Below are positions 1-7,599 of a stretch of 18,162 nucleotides of DNA, one piece after another. The DNA is from a virus (taxonomy: Duplodnaviria > Heunggongvirae > Uroviricota > Caudoviricetes). The stretch is taken from positions 1 through 18,162 of IMG/VR virus record IMGVR_UViG_2526164594_000016; one strand, given 5' to 3'. Under the pieces are notes generated by a model that saw nothing but the letters and a program-made list of their open reading frames with translations, did not search any database and was not told where the DNA came from. Position 1 is the stretch's first letter. Each line of letters starts with the position of its first letter. The position numbers were made by a program, and so were the translations under genes.

Positions 1-76
1 GCATATTGATAATATATTGACAGGCATCATTGCTGTCTAGTGAAAAATAAGTCTCTACAAACATATAAGGCCTTTT

Positions 77-116
77 AGCCAGCGTCTTCTTTCAGGTCAG
101 TCGCTGGCTCTTTTTT
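77..116 (+). terminator. Possible intrinsic terminator (hairpin agccagcg...cgctggct then T6), abutting the nanS-p-like stop
   Basis: 8-bp inverted repeat 77-84/102-109 followed by TTTTTT 111-116; the loop is long (17 nt), so weak. Confidence 0.3.
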
Positions 117-117
117 A

Positions 118-1968
118 TTATGCTGCCGGTGCATTTATCTCCAGCACCAGACTTTCTATCTCAACGCCATACGCTGCATTTTTTGTAACATCCGTCAGCG
201 TCAGCGCATTCAGTCCCAGTGTCAGACTGTCTTTTATAACCTGGAATGCCGGGCCAGCCACTCCATTCAGTTTCGGAGTAACCGTGGCACTGCCGGCGGT
301 GAACACCAGCTCCAGCGTCTGCCAGTCGTTACCGTAATCGCCGAACTCCCCCAGCTTCGTGTTTCCGGCTTTCCTGTGATGCATCAGATTCACTCTGCCG
401 TCAGTGGTCTGAGTGAAGTACGACATCAGGAACGGATTACCGGTACCCGTCATCGCCACACCATCAGGAACGGGAGCGTCCGTATACAGATAAATCCCCA
501 GCCCGAACTGATTGTTGGTCAGTGCGCCTGACAGGCGGAACTTACAGGTCAGTCTGCCGCCCTGTGTCAGCAGGGTAATTGCGTCATCCACCGGATGCGT
601 CAGGGACCAGGTTTTATTGCTCTGCCTGGTGATCTTAAATACACCATCTGACAACTGAATTCCGCCATCCTTAATGCTCCAGCCCTGCGCAGCAGCCTCT
701 CCGGCTGCCGGCAGCAGGGAGATTGTGCGAACGGACGTATCTGCAGACGGACCCGATGGCGTGTTGCCGCCGGGCGAGGGTTTGATTTCCGGTGCCTTAC
801 CACTGATGAAGGCTGAGGTGCGCCCGGCTGCGTTCAGAATAGCGGTTGCCAGACGATCCGGAATAATGCTCCTGCGCGCCCATGAACTGAAATGTGTCGG
901 GCAGTTTGATGATACCTGGTTTCCATTCGTTCTCGATGCCGCACCGTAATATCCTGATGCCGGAATATCCGGATCTTCTGCCGGCGCGTTAGTGGCGGTA
1001 TTGACGCCGTTACCGTCTGTCATGAAGGGCACAAAATAAACGCCCTCACTCTCCCTGTTTTTATACCCGCCGTACACGGTGTCGTACTGGGTAGCGTATG
1101 TATTTTTCCAGTAATACGTCGTGTCACCACAAATCCACGGCACATCTGCAGCACTGCCACCATGGCACTGCGCGTTAAACACGGAGAGGTCAGCACGAAA
1201 CTGTGTCAGCATGGCTGTAAACAGCGCAGGTTGCTGTGCGTGGGTGGCGGCGCTCATGTCAAACTCTCCCTGCATCCAGCACACCGCCAGCAACACATTT
1301 TTCGGGTTCTTCTGTAATGCAGCTTTGGTGCGCGCAATCAGGTCCTGATATAACGGTTTACCCACACCCCAGCGCGCCGAATCCTGGCTGGCCCCCGTGG
1401 ACTCGCTGAATATCCCCTCCGCGCCCTGGGTAAATGCCGAACCACCACGACAGCATGGTACCAGCAGGATCCCCGCGTTATTCGGGATATACGGGAGCAG
1501 TTTTTTGGCAATATGTAACCCCTGGCCGACACAGCCGTACTGCCCTTTGCTCAGGTCTGCCTTCGGATGATTCAGCGTACTCATATCCTGCACATCATGC
1601 AGGCAGTGGTCGGCCGGAATAATATCGTTATATCTGCAGGCAGCCCCACCCGGCGTCACTGTACTGCGGCGCGCCAGCTGTTTAATGCGCGGATCCGGAG
1701 CATCGTATGAATCCGGCAGCGGAAGCCCTTCACCGTAAGCCATGGCATTGGACTGCCCGGCCAGTACGATGACGTAGTACCAATCCGGCTCAGTTGCACC
1801 ACTGACCACCACATCACCTTCTGCTGTAATCGCCTGCATCAGGGTATAAGGGGTTATGGCCACCGGACTACCAAACGGCTGCCAGCCCTCTTTCAGTTTG
1901 TGTGTCAGCTTTTCCGCAAGGTCTGACGGCGACGCCGCCCTGACAACATCATAATGTTTAATCGACAT
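118..1968 (-). CDS. Prophage NanS-p-type sialate O-acetylesterase (N-terminal DUF1737-like, central SGNH/DUF303 esterase with GQSN motif, C-terminal carbohydrate-binding-like region)
   Basis: 616-aa ORF; motif VIVLAGQSNAMAYGEG typical of the sialate O-acetylesterase family; ATG with GGGAG Shine-Dalgarno 8 nt upstream; position between Q/tRNAs and where lysis genes would follow, as in Stx-type phages. Confidence 0.7.
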   Translation of the reverse strand: MSIKHYDVVRAASPSDLAEKLTHKLKEGWQPFGSPVAITPYTLMQAITAEGDVVVSGATEPDWYYVIVLAGQSNAMAYGEGLPLPDSYDAPDPRIKQLARRSTVTPGGAACRYNDIIPADHCLHDVQDMSTLNHPKADLSKGQYGCVGQGLHIAKKLLPYIPNNAGILLVPCCRGGSAFTQGAEGIFSESTGASQDSARWGVGKPLYQDLIARTKAALQKNPKNVLLAVCWMQGEFDMSAATHAQQPALFTAMLTQFRADLSVFNAQCHGGSAADVPWICGDTTYYWKNTYATQYDTVYGGYKNRESEGVYFVPFMTDGNGVNTATNAPAEDPDIPASGYYGAASRTNGNQVSSNCPTHFSSWARRSIIPDRLATAILNAAGRTSAFISGKAPEIKPSPGGNTPSGPSADTSVRTISLLPAAGEAAAQGWSIKDGGIQLSDGVFKITRQSNKTWSLTHPVDDAITLLTQGGRLTCKFRLSGALTNNQFGLGIYLYTDAPVPDGVAMTGTGNPFLMSYFTQTTDGRVNLMHHRKAGNTKLGEFGDYGNDWQTLELVFTAGSATVTPKLNGVAGPAFQVIKDSLTLGLNALTLTDVTKNAAYGVEIESLVLEINAPAA

Positions 1969-2054
1969 CGAATTTCTCCCGTGTACAGGAACAGAGTTAA
2001 AAAGCCGGAACCGGAATCAAATCACAGGATGACCATCTGCCAGTGGCTGGTCGT

Positions 2055-2082
2055 AAAAAAAAGCCGCGCCATGCGCAGCCGG
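2055..2082 (-). terminator. Intrinsic terminator (GC-rich stem with one G-U pair, followed by U8 on the minus strand)
   Basis: plus-strand A8 at 2055-2062 followed by gccgcgcc..cgcagccgg inverted repeat. Confidence 0.4.
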
Positions 2083-2281
2083 AAATAAAGGGATAACGAT
2101 GATAGTTTGAGAAAAACAGAAACAACACTTTTGTGGCAAAGCATGGTGCCGGGTGCCTCCCGGTGAATTCAGTACCAGCACCTGAATCCGCGATTATCCC
2201 ATATACCTGGTTGCTGATCGCCCCTCCGCACAGGGGGATTCACCATGCAGAAGTGTTTTTAATAAACAGCAAACAAAAAAA

Positions 2282-2449
2282 TCAAGCATTATGCAGGCTG
2301 TTTCTTTTTATCACCGGCCACAGCAATACCACAATGCCGCAGACCAGCACCCCATCCGCCAGCACCGACATGATTCTGCTGGTGAAATCCACCATCACCA
2401 CCAGAAACAGCAGGAGTGCAGCCACAGCCAGGCGCAGTTTTACCGTCAC
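2282..2449 (-). CDS. Small hydrophobic peptide (about 55 aa from GTG, or 37 aa from internal ATG at 2395), predicted single transmembrane helix
   Basis: ORF not in supplied track (<60 aa); GTG start overlaps the TerB-like stop (GTGA); sequence VTVKLRLAVAALLLFLVVMVDFTSRIMSVLADGVLVCGIVVLLWPVIKRNSLHNA by manual translation. Confidence 0.3.
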   Translation of the reverse strand: MTVKLRLAVAALLLFLVVMVDFTSRIMSVLADGVLVCGIVVLLWPVIKRNSLHNA

Positions 2450-2907
2450 AGGTGATTCTCCAGACGAAGACCCAGAACACCGGCAATCTCTTCCAGCACC
2501 TTGCGCTCTTCCGGCTCAATTTCGCCGTCTGCCTCCGCAATGGCCACCGCCACATCCAGCACATCTTCCGCTTCACGCGTATCGTGTTTCACATCCTCGA
2601 TCTCACGTAACGCCGCACGACGACCAGTTTTAAAGTTCGTATCCAGCTGACCGATAATGGTTGCGCTAATCGCATTAATTTCTGACGTAAACGCGGACAG
2701 CGCAGGCTGATTACGCAGTACCTGTTCGATCTTCGCTTTCTCGGATGCCTCACATTCACCATCTGCACAGGCCACCAGGTATGCGGCGTTAATCACCACC
2801 TGTGCCAGATCGCGTTTTTCAAACTTTTTAATTTCCGTTGCCGCTCTGCGGGCTTTTTTTACCAAAAATACCAAACATCGTGACGTTCCTTTGGGTGGGT
2901 GAGCCAA
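2446..2907 (-). CDS. TerB-domain (tellurite-resistance TerB-like) protein; start uncertain (TTG at 2907, or ATG at 2878 in another frame joined through an A7 tract)
   Basis: 153-aa ORF with TerB-like signature (AAYLVACADGE..., AIAEADGEIEPEE); no in-frame ATG anywhere in the ORF. Confidence 0.6.
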   Translation of the reverse strand: MAHPPKGTSRCLVFLVKKARRAATEIKKFEKRDLAQVVINAAYLVACADGECEASEKAKIEQVLRNQPALSAFTSEINAISATIIGQLDTNFKTGRRAALREIEDVKHDTREAEDVLDVAVAIAEADGEIEPEERKVLEEIAGVLGLRLENHL

Positions 2908-3010
2908 CGCCCGGGAGCGATCTGCCCACAGAGAAAGTCACACTGACCACTCCGTAAGCTCACCCCCGAAAGGCTCTGTGGTTGGTATGCGCCGGGCGTG
3001 GCGCAGATAC

Positions 3011-3034
3011 AAAAAAGGCCCGCCGAAGCGAGCC
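3011..3034 (-). terminator. Intrinsic terminator downstream of tRNA-Arg (stem GGCUCGC/GCGGGCC with UUCG tetraloop, then U6)
   Basis: plus-strand aaaaaa ggcccgc cgaa gcgagcc at 3011-3034. Confidence 0.5.
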
Positions 3035-3047
3035 TGGAAAATAAGTG

Positions 3048-3124
3048 TGGCGCGTTGTAGTGGAGTCGAACCACTGACCGATTGCTTAGAAGGCAATTGC
3101 TCTGTCCGGCTGAGCTAACAACGC
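3048..3124 (-). tRNA. tRNA-Arg (anticodon UCU)
   Basis: Manual fold of reverse complement: acceptor GCGUUGU/ACAACGC, D stem GCUC/GAGC, anticodon stem AUUGC/GCAAU with loop CUUCUAA, T arm AGUGG-UUCGACU-CCACU, discriminator G, CCA encoded. Confidence 0.85.
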
Positions 3125-3224
3125 AGAATACCGATAATGGACCGCCATCGGGGACCCGGCCCCGCACCAACAACCCTGTTATGGTGTCGTCTGCTCTTCC
3201 TGATAAGCTAATGGCGGTTTGTGA

Positions 3225-3300
3225 TGGTGGCCCTTGCTGGATTTGAACCAGCGACCTGGCGATTATGAGTCGCTCGCTCTCACCACTGAGCTAAAGGGCC
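3225..3300 (-). tRNA. tRNA-Ile2 type (anticodon CAU, ileX/ileZ-like; formally could be tRNA-Met)
   Basis: Manual fold: acceptor GGCCCUU/AAGGGCC, anticodon loop CUCAUAA, T loop GGUUCAAAUCC, CCA encoded; closely resembles E. coli ileX from memory. Confidence 0.8.
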
Positions 3301-3328
3301 GAGCCAAAAAATAATAATCAGATGAAAA

Positions 3329-4042
3329 TCAATAATCAAGCCCTTGCCTGGATACATATCTGTCTGGCGGGAAGCCATAATAGCGGTGAAATACAGAAAT
3401 AAAGTAGGACCGGCTTGAATAACCACATTTTTCTGCTACAGCCTGTCCATATCCATACCGGGAACATAACATATTTACAGCAACACGCATCCGCTCTTCC
3501 AGCAACAAGCGACTGAACATGCCCCCTTCATTTTTCAGTTTTGTCTTTAACAAACTCTCACTCATATGCAACTGTAGAGCAATCGCACCAAGCGTCCAGC
3601 TTGCTGATATATCTGTCTGAATTATCGCCCTGACTTTGGCACTTATGCTGGATAAACATCCACTTAAAAACAATGACATCCGTTCATCTGTTTCAAACAG
3701 AGACAGGCAGGCCATCATAAGAAACATATCCGTGACCTCTCCGGAAAATCCCTGGCTGGTAATTAAAGCCGCAGCCAACGCAGGATTGTTGGGTTCCAGC
3801 AACAGGTAAAGCGGAATGTCAGTCAGACGAGTCCTCGTCAGCTTATGCTGACTTTCCAGATATTGACTTACGACGGATTCGCTTATATCGACAATTTTAA
3901 CTTTGCCATAATGCATAAGGAAAAGCTCCCTGATGCATTTGGTGGCCAGAACGACTGAGCCTGGCTTAAGTGACAACGTATCCTTTTCAAGAAAAATATT
4001 AATTGGGGAGCAAACCATGATAACTGAACAGACAACAGCCAT
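3329..4042 (-). CDS. AraC/XylS-family transcriptional regulator (prophage moron; resembles the prophage-encoded PsrA/PsrB/PatE class in general architecture)
   Basis: 237-aa ORF; C-terminal double HTH typical of AraC family (…GYSSRSYFISVFHRYYGFPP…); no clear Shine-Dalgarno at the first ATG, so start uncertain. Confidence 0.75.
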   Translation of the reverse strand: MAVVCSVIMVCSPINIFLEKDTLSLKPGSVVLATKCIRELFLMHYGKVKIVDISESVVSQYLESQHKLTRTRLTDIPLYLLLEPNNPALAAALITSQGFSGEVTDMFLMMACLSLFETDERMSLFLSGCLSSISAKVRAIIQTDISASWTLGAIALQLHMSESLLKTKLKNEGGMFSRLLLEERMRVAVNMLCSRYGYGQAVAEKCGYSSRSYFISVFHRYYGFPPDRYVSRQGLDY

Positions 4043-4136
4043 TATAATTTTACTTTCATTAGCAATTGGTTAGCTCAATTATAGCCCCAAAAGGTAAATT
4101 ATCATCAACACATAAGCAAAGGACTGACAGGTGCCG

Positions 4137-4144
4137 CCCCCCCC
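4137..4144. repeat. Homopolymeric C8/G8 tract in the intergenic region upstream of the AraC-family gene
   Basis: cccccccc at 4137-4144, read directly. Confidence 0.9.
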
Positions 4145-4177
4145 ACCAGCCGCCCATTTACCACAAATAAAAAGCCT

Positions 4178-4375
4178 TCAGGACTGAATGCGTCTGTAAC
4201 AACCGCACTGATAGTCTGCCAGACCCGCCATAACCAGCTGGGTCAGTATTAACTGGCAGCGTTCGCGTGAAAGGTAAGTATTCTGCGCAATCTCCCCGAC
4301 TGTCGCCGGTTCGGTAACGCTTAATTCATTAAACACCACTCTGGCGGTTTCTGTCATATCCTGCTGTTTTAGCAT
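4178..4375 (-). CDS. Small putative winged-helix DNA-binding protein (65 aa); the longer 106-aa form from ATG 4498 is less likely
   Basis: ATG at 4375 preceded by AAGGG; the longer form would start directly after the terminator U-tract with no ribosome-binding site. Confidence 0.4.
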   Translation of the reverse strand: MLKQQDMTETARVVFNELSVTEPATVGEIAQNTYLSRERCQLILTQLVMAGLADYQCGCYRRIQS

Positions 4376-4498
4376 GTCTTTTTCCCTTTTCCGGTTAACG
4401 TGACATACCAATAACTCTTGTCGAAAAAGCCAGCAAGTTGAAAGACCGGTATTAGCAACCACCAGCGCGTTTAACGCCCCGTGCCGTTTTTCAGTCAT

Positions 4499-4522
4499 AA
4501 AAAAACCCGCAAAAAGCGGGCT
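4499..4522 (-). terminator. Intrinsic terminator downstream of the Q-like gene (tR'-like position)
   Basis: minus-strand GAGCCCGC-UUUUU-GCGGG followed by U7 (plus A7 at 4499-4505). Confidence 0.55.
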
Positions 4523-4599
4523 CTTTCAAATGTCCATGTCTGCTATTCGCCTCGCGGTACAGCTTTGCGAAGCTTACCGGAATTGAAGCAGTTTTTACG

Positions 4600-5166
4600 T
4601 CAAAAAGCAATAACTTTTTTCTCTATACCAAAAGCCATAACCATTGGTTTGTACAAAATAAATTCTGCCACCTTTAGCCAATGCTCAATGCGTCTTTCAC
4701 AGGTTCTTAAACTCCATTCCGGATGTGCATCATTCAGCAATTCAGCCATTTTGCGCTTAGTCATCCCCCGCCCCACATAACGCTGACTCAGAACATTGAG
4801 CAGCCCGGGATAACCTGCCAGTACTTCACCAATAACCCTATCGATTATTAACGCCTCTGAATCGGTACAATGTGCCAGCCAGCTTTTTTGATTGCCGTTG
4901 ATCATATCCCGCAAAAAAGCCTCAAGTTCAGGTTTGTCCAGACCCGCTTTTTTCATCCTCCGGAGCGCCTCGTTAATTGCCGTTTTTGTCAGCTTTTTAG
5001 AGGTCAGTAATTGGTTGAACATATTTCCCGTCTTACCGTCGCCAATATACGACCAACGCCCCCACATACGCAGTTTCCCCTGGATCCAGACACTTTCCAG
5101 CGTTTTCAGGCGTAAATGCTCACCGCTTTTGCCTGTAATTTCCGGGTATATCATATTTATGCTCAC
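4600..5166 (-). CDS. Putative late-gene antiterminator Q-like protein (non-lambda Q type); first ATG at 5154, ORF opens with GTG at 5166
   Basis: 188-aa ORF directly downstream of rusA and upstream of terminator, tRNAs and late-region morons; assignment by synteny, not by recognised motif. Confidence 0.5.
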   Translation of the reverse strand: MSINMIYPEITGKSGEHLRLKTLESVWIQGKLRMWGRWSYIGDGKTGNMFNQLLTSKKLTKTAINEALRRMKKAGLDKPELEAFLRDMINGNQKSWLAHCTDSEALIIDRVIGEVLAGYPGLLNVLSQRYVGRGMTKRKMAELLNDAHPEWSLRTCERRIEHWLKVAEFILYKPMVMAFGIEKKVIAF

Positions 5167-5216
5167 TCACTTTCAATTTTGTAAATCTTCACGCCCAGCC
5201 GCCCACCAGAAACGAG

Positions 5217-5522
5217 CTAGCCGCGCACAATATTGATTTCATCAAACTGCTCGTCGTCTATGAGAAGTCCGGCATGCGTCAGCGCATCCAGTGGTGCTTT
5301 CAGGATATTGTCCAGGTCACGACGGCGCTTATCCGGTGGCTCTGCAATAATCTTTATCGCCAGCCTTCCGGACAGGTTTAATTTCAGCCGCTGCTGGCGA
5401 ACAATAAGTGCCACATCCCGGCGATAACGCTCACCGGCTTTTGATACAAAATATGTGCTGCCACGACGTCGCCAGTAGGTGTTCACCGTCGGCGGGTAAG
5501 GCAAAACAAACTCTATACGCAT
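5217..5522 (-). CDS. rusA: RusA-family Holliday junction resolvase
   Basis: 101-aa ORF, motifs PPTVNTYWRR and DKRRRDLDNILKAPLDALTHAGLLIDD match the RusA family; AGAGG Shine-Dalgarno 8 nt upstream of ATG. Confidence 0.85.
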   Translation of the reverse strand: MRIEFVLPYPPTVNTYWRRRGSTYFVSKAGERYRRDVALIVRQQRLKLNLSGRLAIKIIAEPPDKRRRDLDNILKAPLDALTHAGLLIDDEQFDEINIVRG

Positions 5523-5534
5523 CAGTAACCTCTT

Positions 5535-6638
5535 TTACCCGAGCACGCCGGTTGCAAAGGCGTGATCAAGAAAACGAAAAATTAAATCAACCTGGGAACC
5601 ATGCTTTTCTTCGAACGCCAGCGGATCCGCATGAAGCTCGTTGTGATGCTCCCGACACAGCGGTAGCGTGAAAATATCGTGGGATTTTGTTCCCATTCCG
5701 CCCTGACCATGACCAATCAGATGATGAGGATCGTCCGCTGGCTTACCACAACACGCACACGGCTGTGTCTTTACCCAGCGTGTGTATTTCTCATTTACCC
5801 AGCGGCGACGTTTAGGTCGTTTCATGAAGGATTCCGGAGACTCCGGATCAACGGCAATGCTGACCACCGTCTTTTCCTGTGGTGGGTTCTGTTGCTGGTG
5901 GGTGTGAGGCGGTAGCGCAATATTTTTTGTGCGCTGCTTCAGTATGCTGGTGGCGGTCTGTTCTCCCGGTATGATGTCGCTTTCACGGTATACGGAGCGG
6001 ATTTTTTCCGCCGGTAATCCCAGAGAGCGACGCGATACTGCCTCAGGTAATGCGTCCACCACCTGATTGCAGACTGCCCACCAGGATAATTCAGCCAGCG
6101 ATAATTCCCGCTCCTGCGTGCCATTCATTACATGGCGTATGACGTCAATCATCCAGGCTGTCAGATTTTGTTGAGTAAGTTGCTCAAGTGATTCGGAGGT
6201 CTGGTCGCGCAGCTGGTTGTCGCAGTGCCAGCACAACACCATTGCGCCAGCACCGTAACTGTGAATAACGGTTTCGCTGTGATGATAATCGCCGTGTGGC
6301 CACTGGCAGGATTTCACGTGACGTAATAACCAGTCAGACAGTGCACCAGCGCCGCCAGCTGCACGAATCACCCGCTCATCGCTGAAAAATGGCAGCAGTG
6401 ATTTATCTTCCGCCAGCGGCTGGCGAACAGCAGGAACCGCTCCAGATGGCAGCGCCCGCATGTTTTTCGGTTCCGGCTCCACCAGCACCCTGCCGCGATG
6501 AAAAACTGGCAATGATTCACGACCGGGCTTAAGGACCACCAGCCCGAGTTCCGGAACCAGAACAGGTCGAAGTAATACCCGCACATTACCTCCAGACGCG
6601 CTGACGGTAGCAGGCATGTGTCCGTGGCAGATGTGCAC
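5535..6638 (-). CDS. DUF968-family lambdoid prophage protein (YdfU-like) with C-terminal HNH-like Cys/His motif; start uncertain (GTG 6638 or ATG 6617)
   Basis: C-terminal CACCGKPADDPHHLIGHGQGG…LCREHHNELH motif; position between rem-like ORF and rusA. Confidence 0.7.
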   Translation of the reverse strand: MHICHGHMPATVSASGGNVRVLLRPVLVPELGLVVLKPGRESLPVFHRGRVLVEPEPKNMRALPSGAVPAVRQPLAEDKSLLPFFSDERVIRAAGGAGALSDWLLRHVKSCQWPHGDYHHSETVIHSYGAGAMVLCWHCDNQLRDQTSESLEQLTQQNLTAWMIDVIRHVMNGTQERELSLAELSWWAVCNQVVDALPEAVSRRSLGLPAEKIRSVYRESDIIPGEQTATSILKQRTKNIALPPHTHQQQNPPQEKTVVSIAVDPESPESFMKRPKRRRWVNEKYTRWVKTQPCACCGKPADDPHHLIGHGQGGMGTKSHDIFTLPLCREHHNELHADPLAFEEKHGSQVDLIFRFLDHAFATGVLG

Positions 6639-6858
6639 GAACAGGAAGATATACAGAAACGGTCCAGGTCAGACGATCAGCGTTCAGACTCCGCTCCACA
6701 CAGACACCGCGACGCAGATACGCCTCTTGAAGCATATCTGCCTCATCGATCGTACAGAACAGATAGTGAAACCAGCCATACTGAGGCGCACGAAAACGCC
6801 TCCCCTGCTTAATTTCCGGGTCGGCTTCAGAATTGTGGGATTTTATGTGTTGTGTCAT
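6586..6858 (-). CDS. Small hypothetical prophage protein (90 aa) in the rem position of Qin-like prophages
   Basis: ATG with GGAG 8 nt upstream; overlaps the 5' end of the DUF968 ORF in another frame. Confidence 0.4.
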   Translation of the reverse strand: MTQHIKSHNSEADPEIKQGRRFRAPQYGWFHYLFCTIDEADMLQEAYLRRGVCVERSLNADRLTWTVSVYLPVRAHLPRTHACYRQRVWR

Positions 6859-6935
6859 CGGATTCTCCGGTGACAGCAGGTGTCAGTTGTTCAGGCTGAC
6901 TGCGCGAATTGTAAGGCAATACGCCGGAATGTACA

Positions 6936-6964
6936 AACAGAAAACCCGTCAGTAAGACGGGCTT
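6936..6964 (-). terminator. Intrinsic terminator downstream of the ygiW-like gene
   Basis: minus-strand AGCCCGUC-UUACU-GACGGGUU followed by a U-rich tail. Confidence 0.5.
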
Positions 6965-6979
6965 AACAAGCAGGGGCGG

Positions 6980-7324
6980 TTACTTTAATAATTTCAGTGC
7001 CTTTACATCAACTTCAACACTGCTCAGGTCTTTATCAATTTCACCCTCAATTCTTACTTTGTCTTTCGGAGAAACATTCTGCCCGGCCCATACGCTGTCA
7101 TCAATATCCGTGACAATTGTCCCGCTATTGTCACGAAACTCATAACGTTCATCACCCACTTTTTTAACGATGCTCCCTTCAAGGATAACCCATGCATCAT
7201 CCTTCAGTTCTTTTGCCTGCGCTACTGTTGAACGCTCTGCTTCTGGCCCCTGGAAACCACCCTGCTGTGCAAAAGCGCCAAAAGACACACCGGAAATAAG
7301 TGCTGCAATCAATACCTTTTTCAT
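6980..7324 (-). CDS. YgiW/YdeI (BOF, OB-fold) family periplasmic protein with signal peptide
   Basis: 114-aa ORF, N-terminal MKKVLIAALISGVSFGAFAQ signal sequence; family resemblance from memory. Confidence 0.75.
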   Translation of the reverse strand: MKKVLIAALISGVSFGAFAQQGGFQGPEAERSTVAQAKELKDDAWVILEGSIVKKVGDERYEFRDNSGTIVTDIDDSVWAGQNVSPKDKVRIEGEIDKDLSSVEVDVKALKLLK

Positions 7325-7443
7325 TCATAGTCCTCTTTCAGAGATGAACATTCAAACAGCATTTTCAGTATGGTAAAGCGCGGGTGCGTTGAGGATGCCT
7401 GACACATCAGAGGTGGCGGGAGATTACTCCCCCGCCTGGTCTC

Positions 7444-7599
7444 TTACTTCTCAGATTCGTAGTCTACGAAGACAGCGACCTCCGTCTGACCGGTTCGGAT
7501 TCGCACCTCGCAGAGGTCTTTCCTCGTTACCAGTGCCGTCACTATGACGGTTAAACAGATGACGATCAGGGCGATTAACATCGCCTTTTGCTGCTTCAT
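7444..7599 (-). CDS. hok: Hok/Gef-family type I toxin (HokD-like, 51 aa)
   Basis: MKQQKAMLIALIVICLTVIVTALVTRKDLCEVRIRTGQTEVAVFVDYESEK matches the Hok family; AAGGAG upstream; in-frame upstream extension to 7656 is in the usual mok position. Confidence 0.85.
   Translation of the reverse strand: MKQQKAMLIALIVICLTVIVTALVTRKDLCEVRIRTGQTEVAVFVDYESEK

Noticed and set aside
600-1622. Five short ORFs from the track (600..803, 674..949, 1121..1348, 1338..1532, 1434..1622)
   Set aside because: All lie inside the 616-aa esterase gene in other frames or antisense, with Pro/Arg-rich translations typical of GC-rich off-frame reading
2133-2633. 166-aa plus-strand ORF plus 2289..2576 and 2416..2610
   Set aside because: Antisense or off-frame to the TerB-like gene and small peptide; no ribosome-binding site; low-complexity translation
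2859-3173. 104-aa minus-strand ORF
   Set aside because: Runs through the tRNA-Arg gene and its terminator; not plausible as coding
3125-3224. Possible third tRNA (argN-like) between the two tRNA genes
   Set aside because: No T-loop or acceptor-stem pairing could be folded by eye; left as spacer pending a covariance scan
4481-5236. Plus-strand ORFs 4481..4780 and 4892..5236
   Set aside because: Antisense to the Q-like gene and terminator region; no start context
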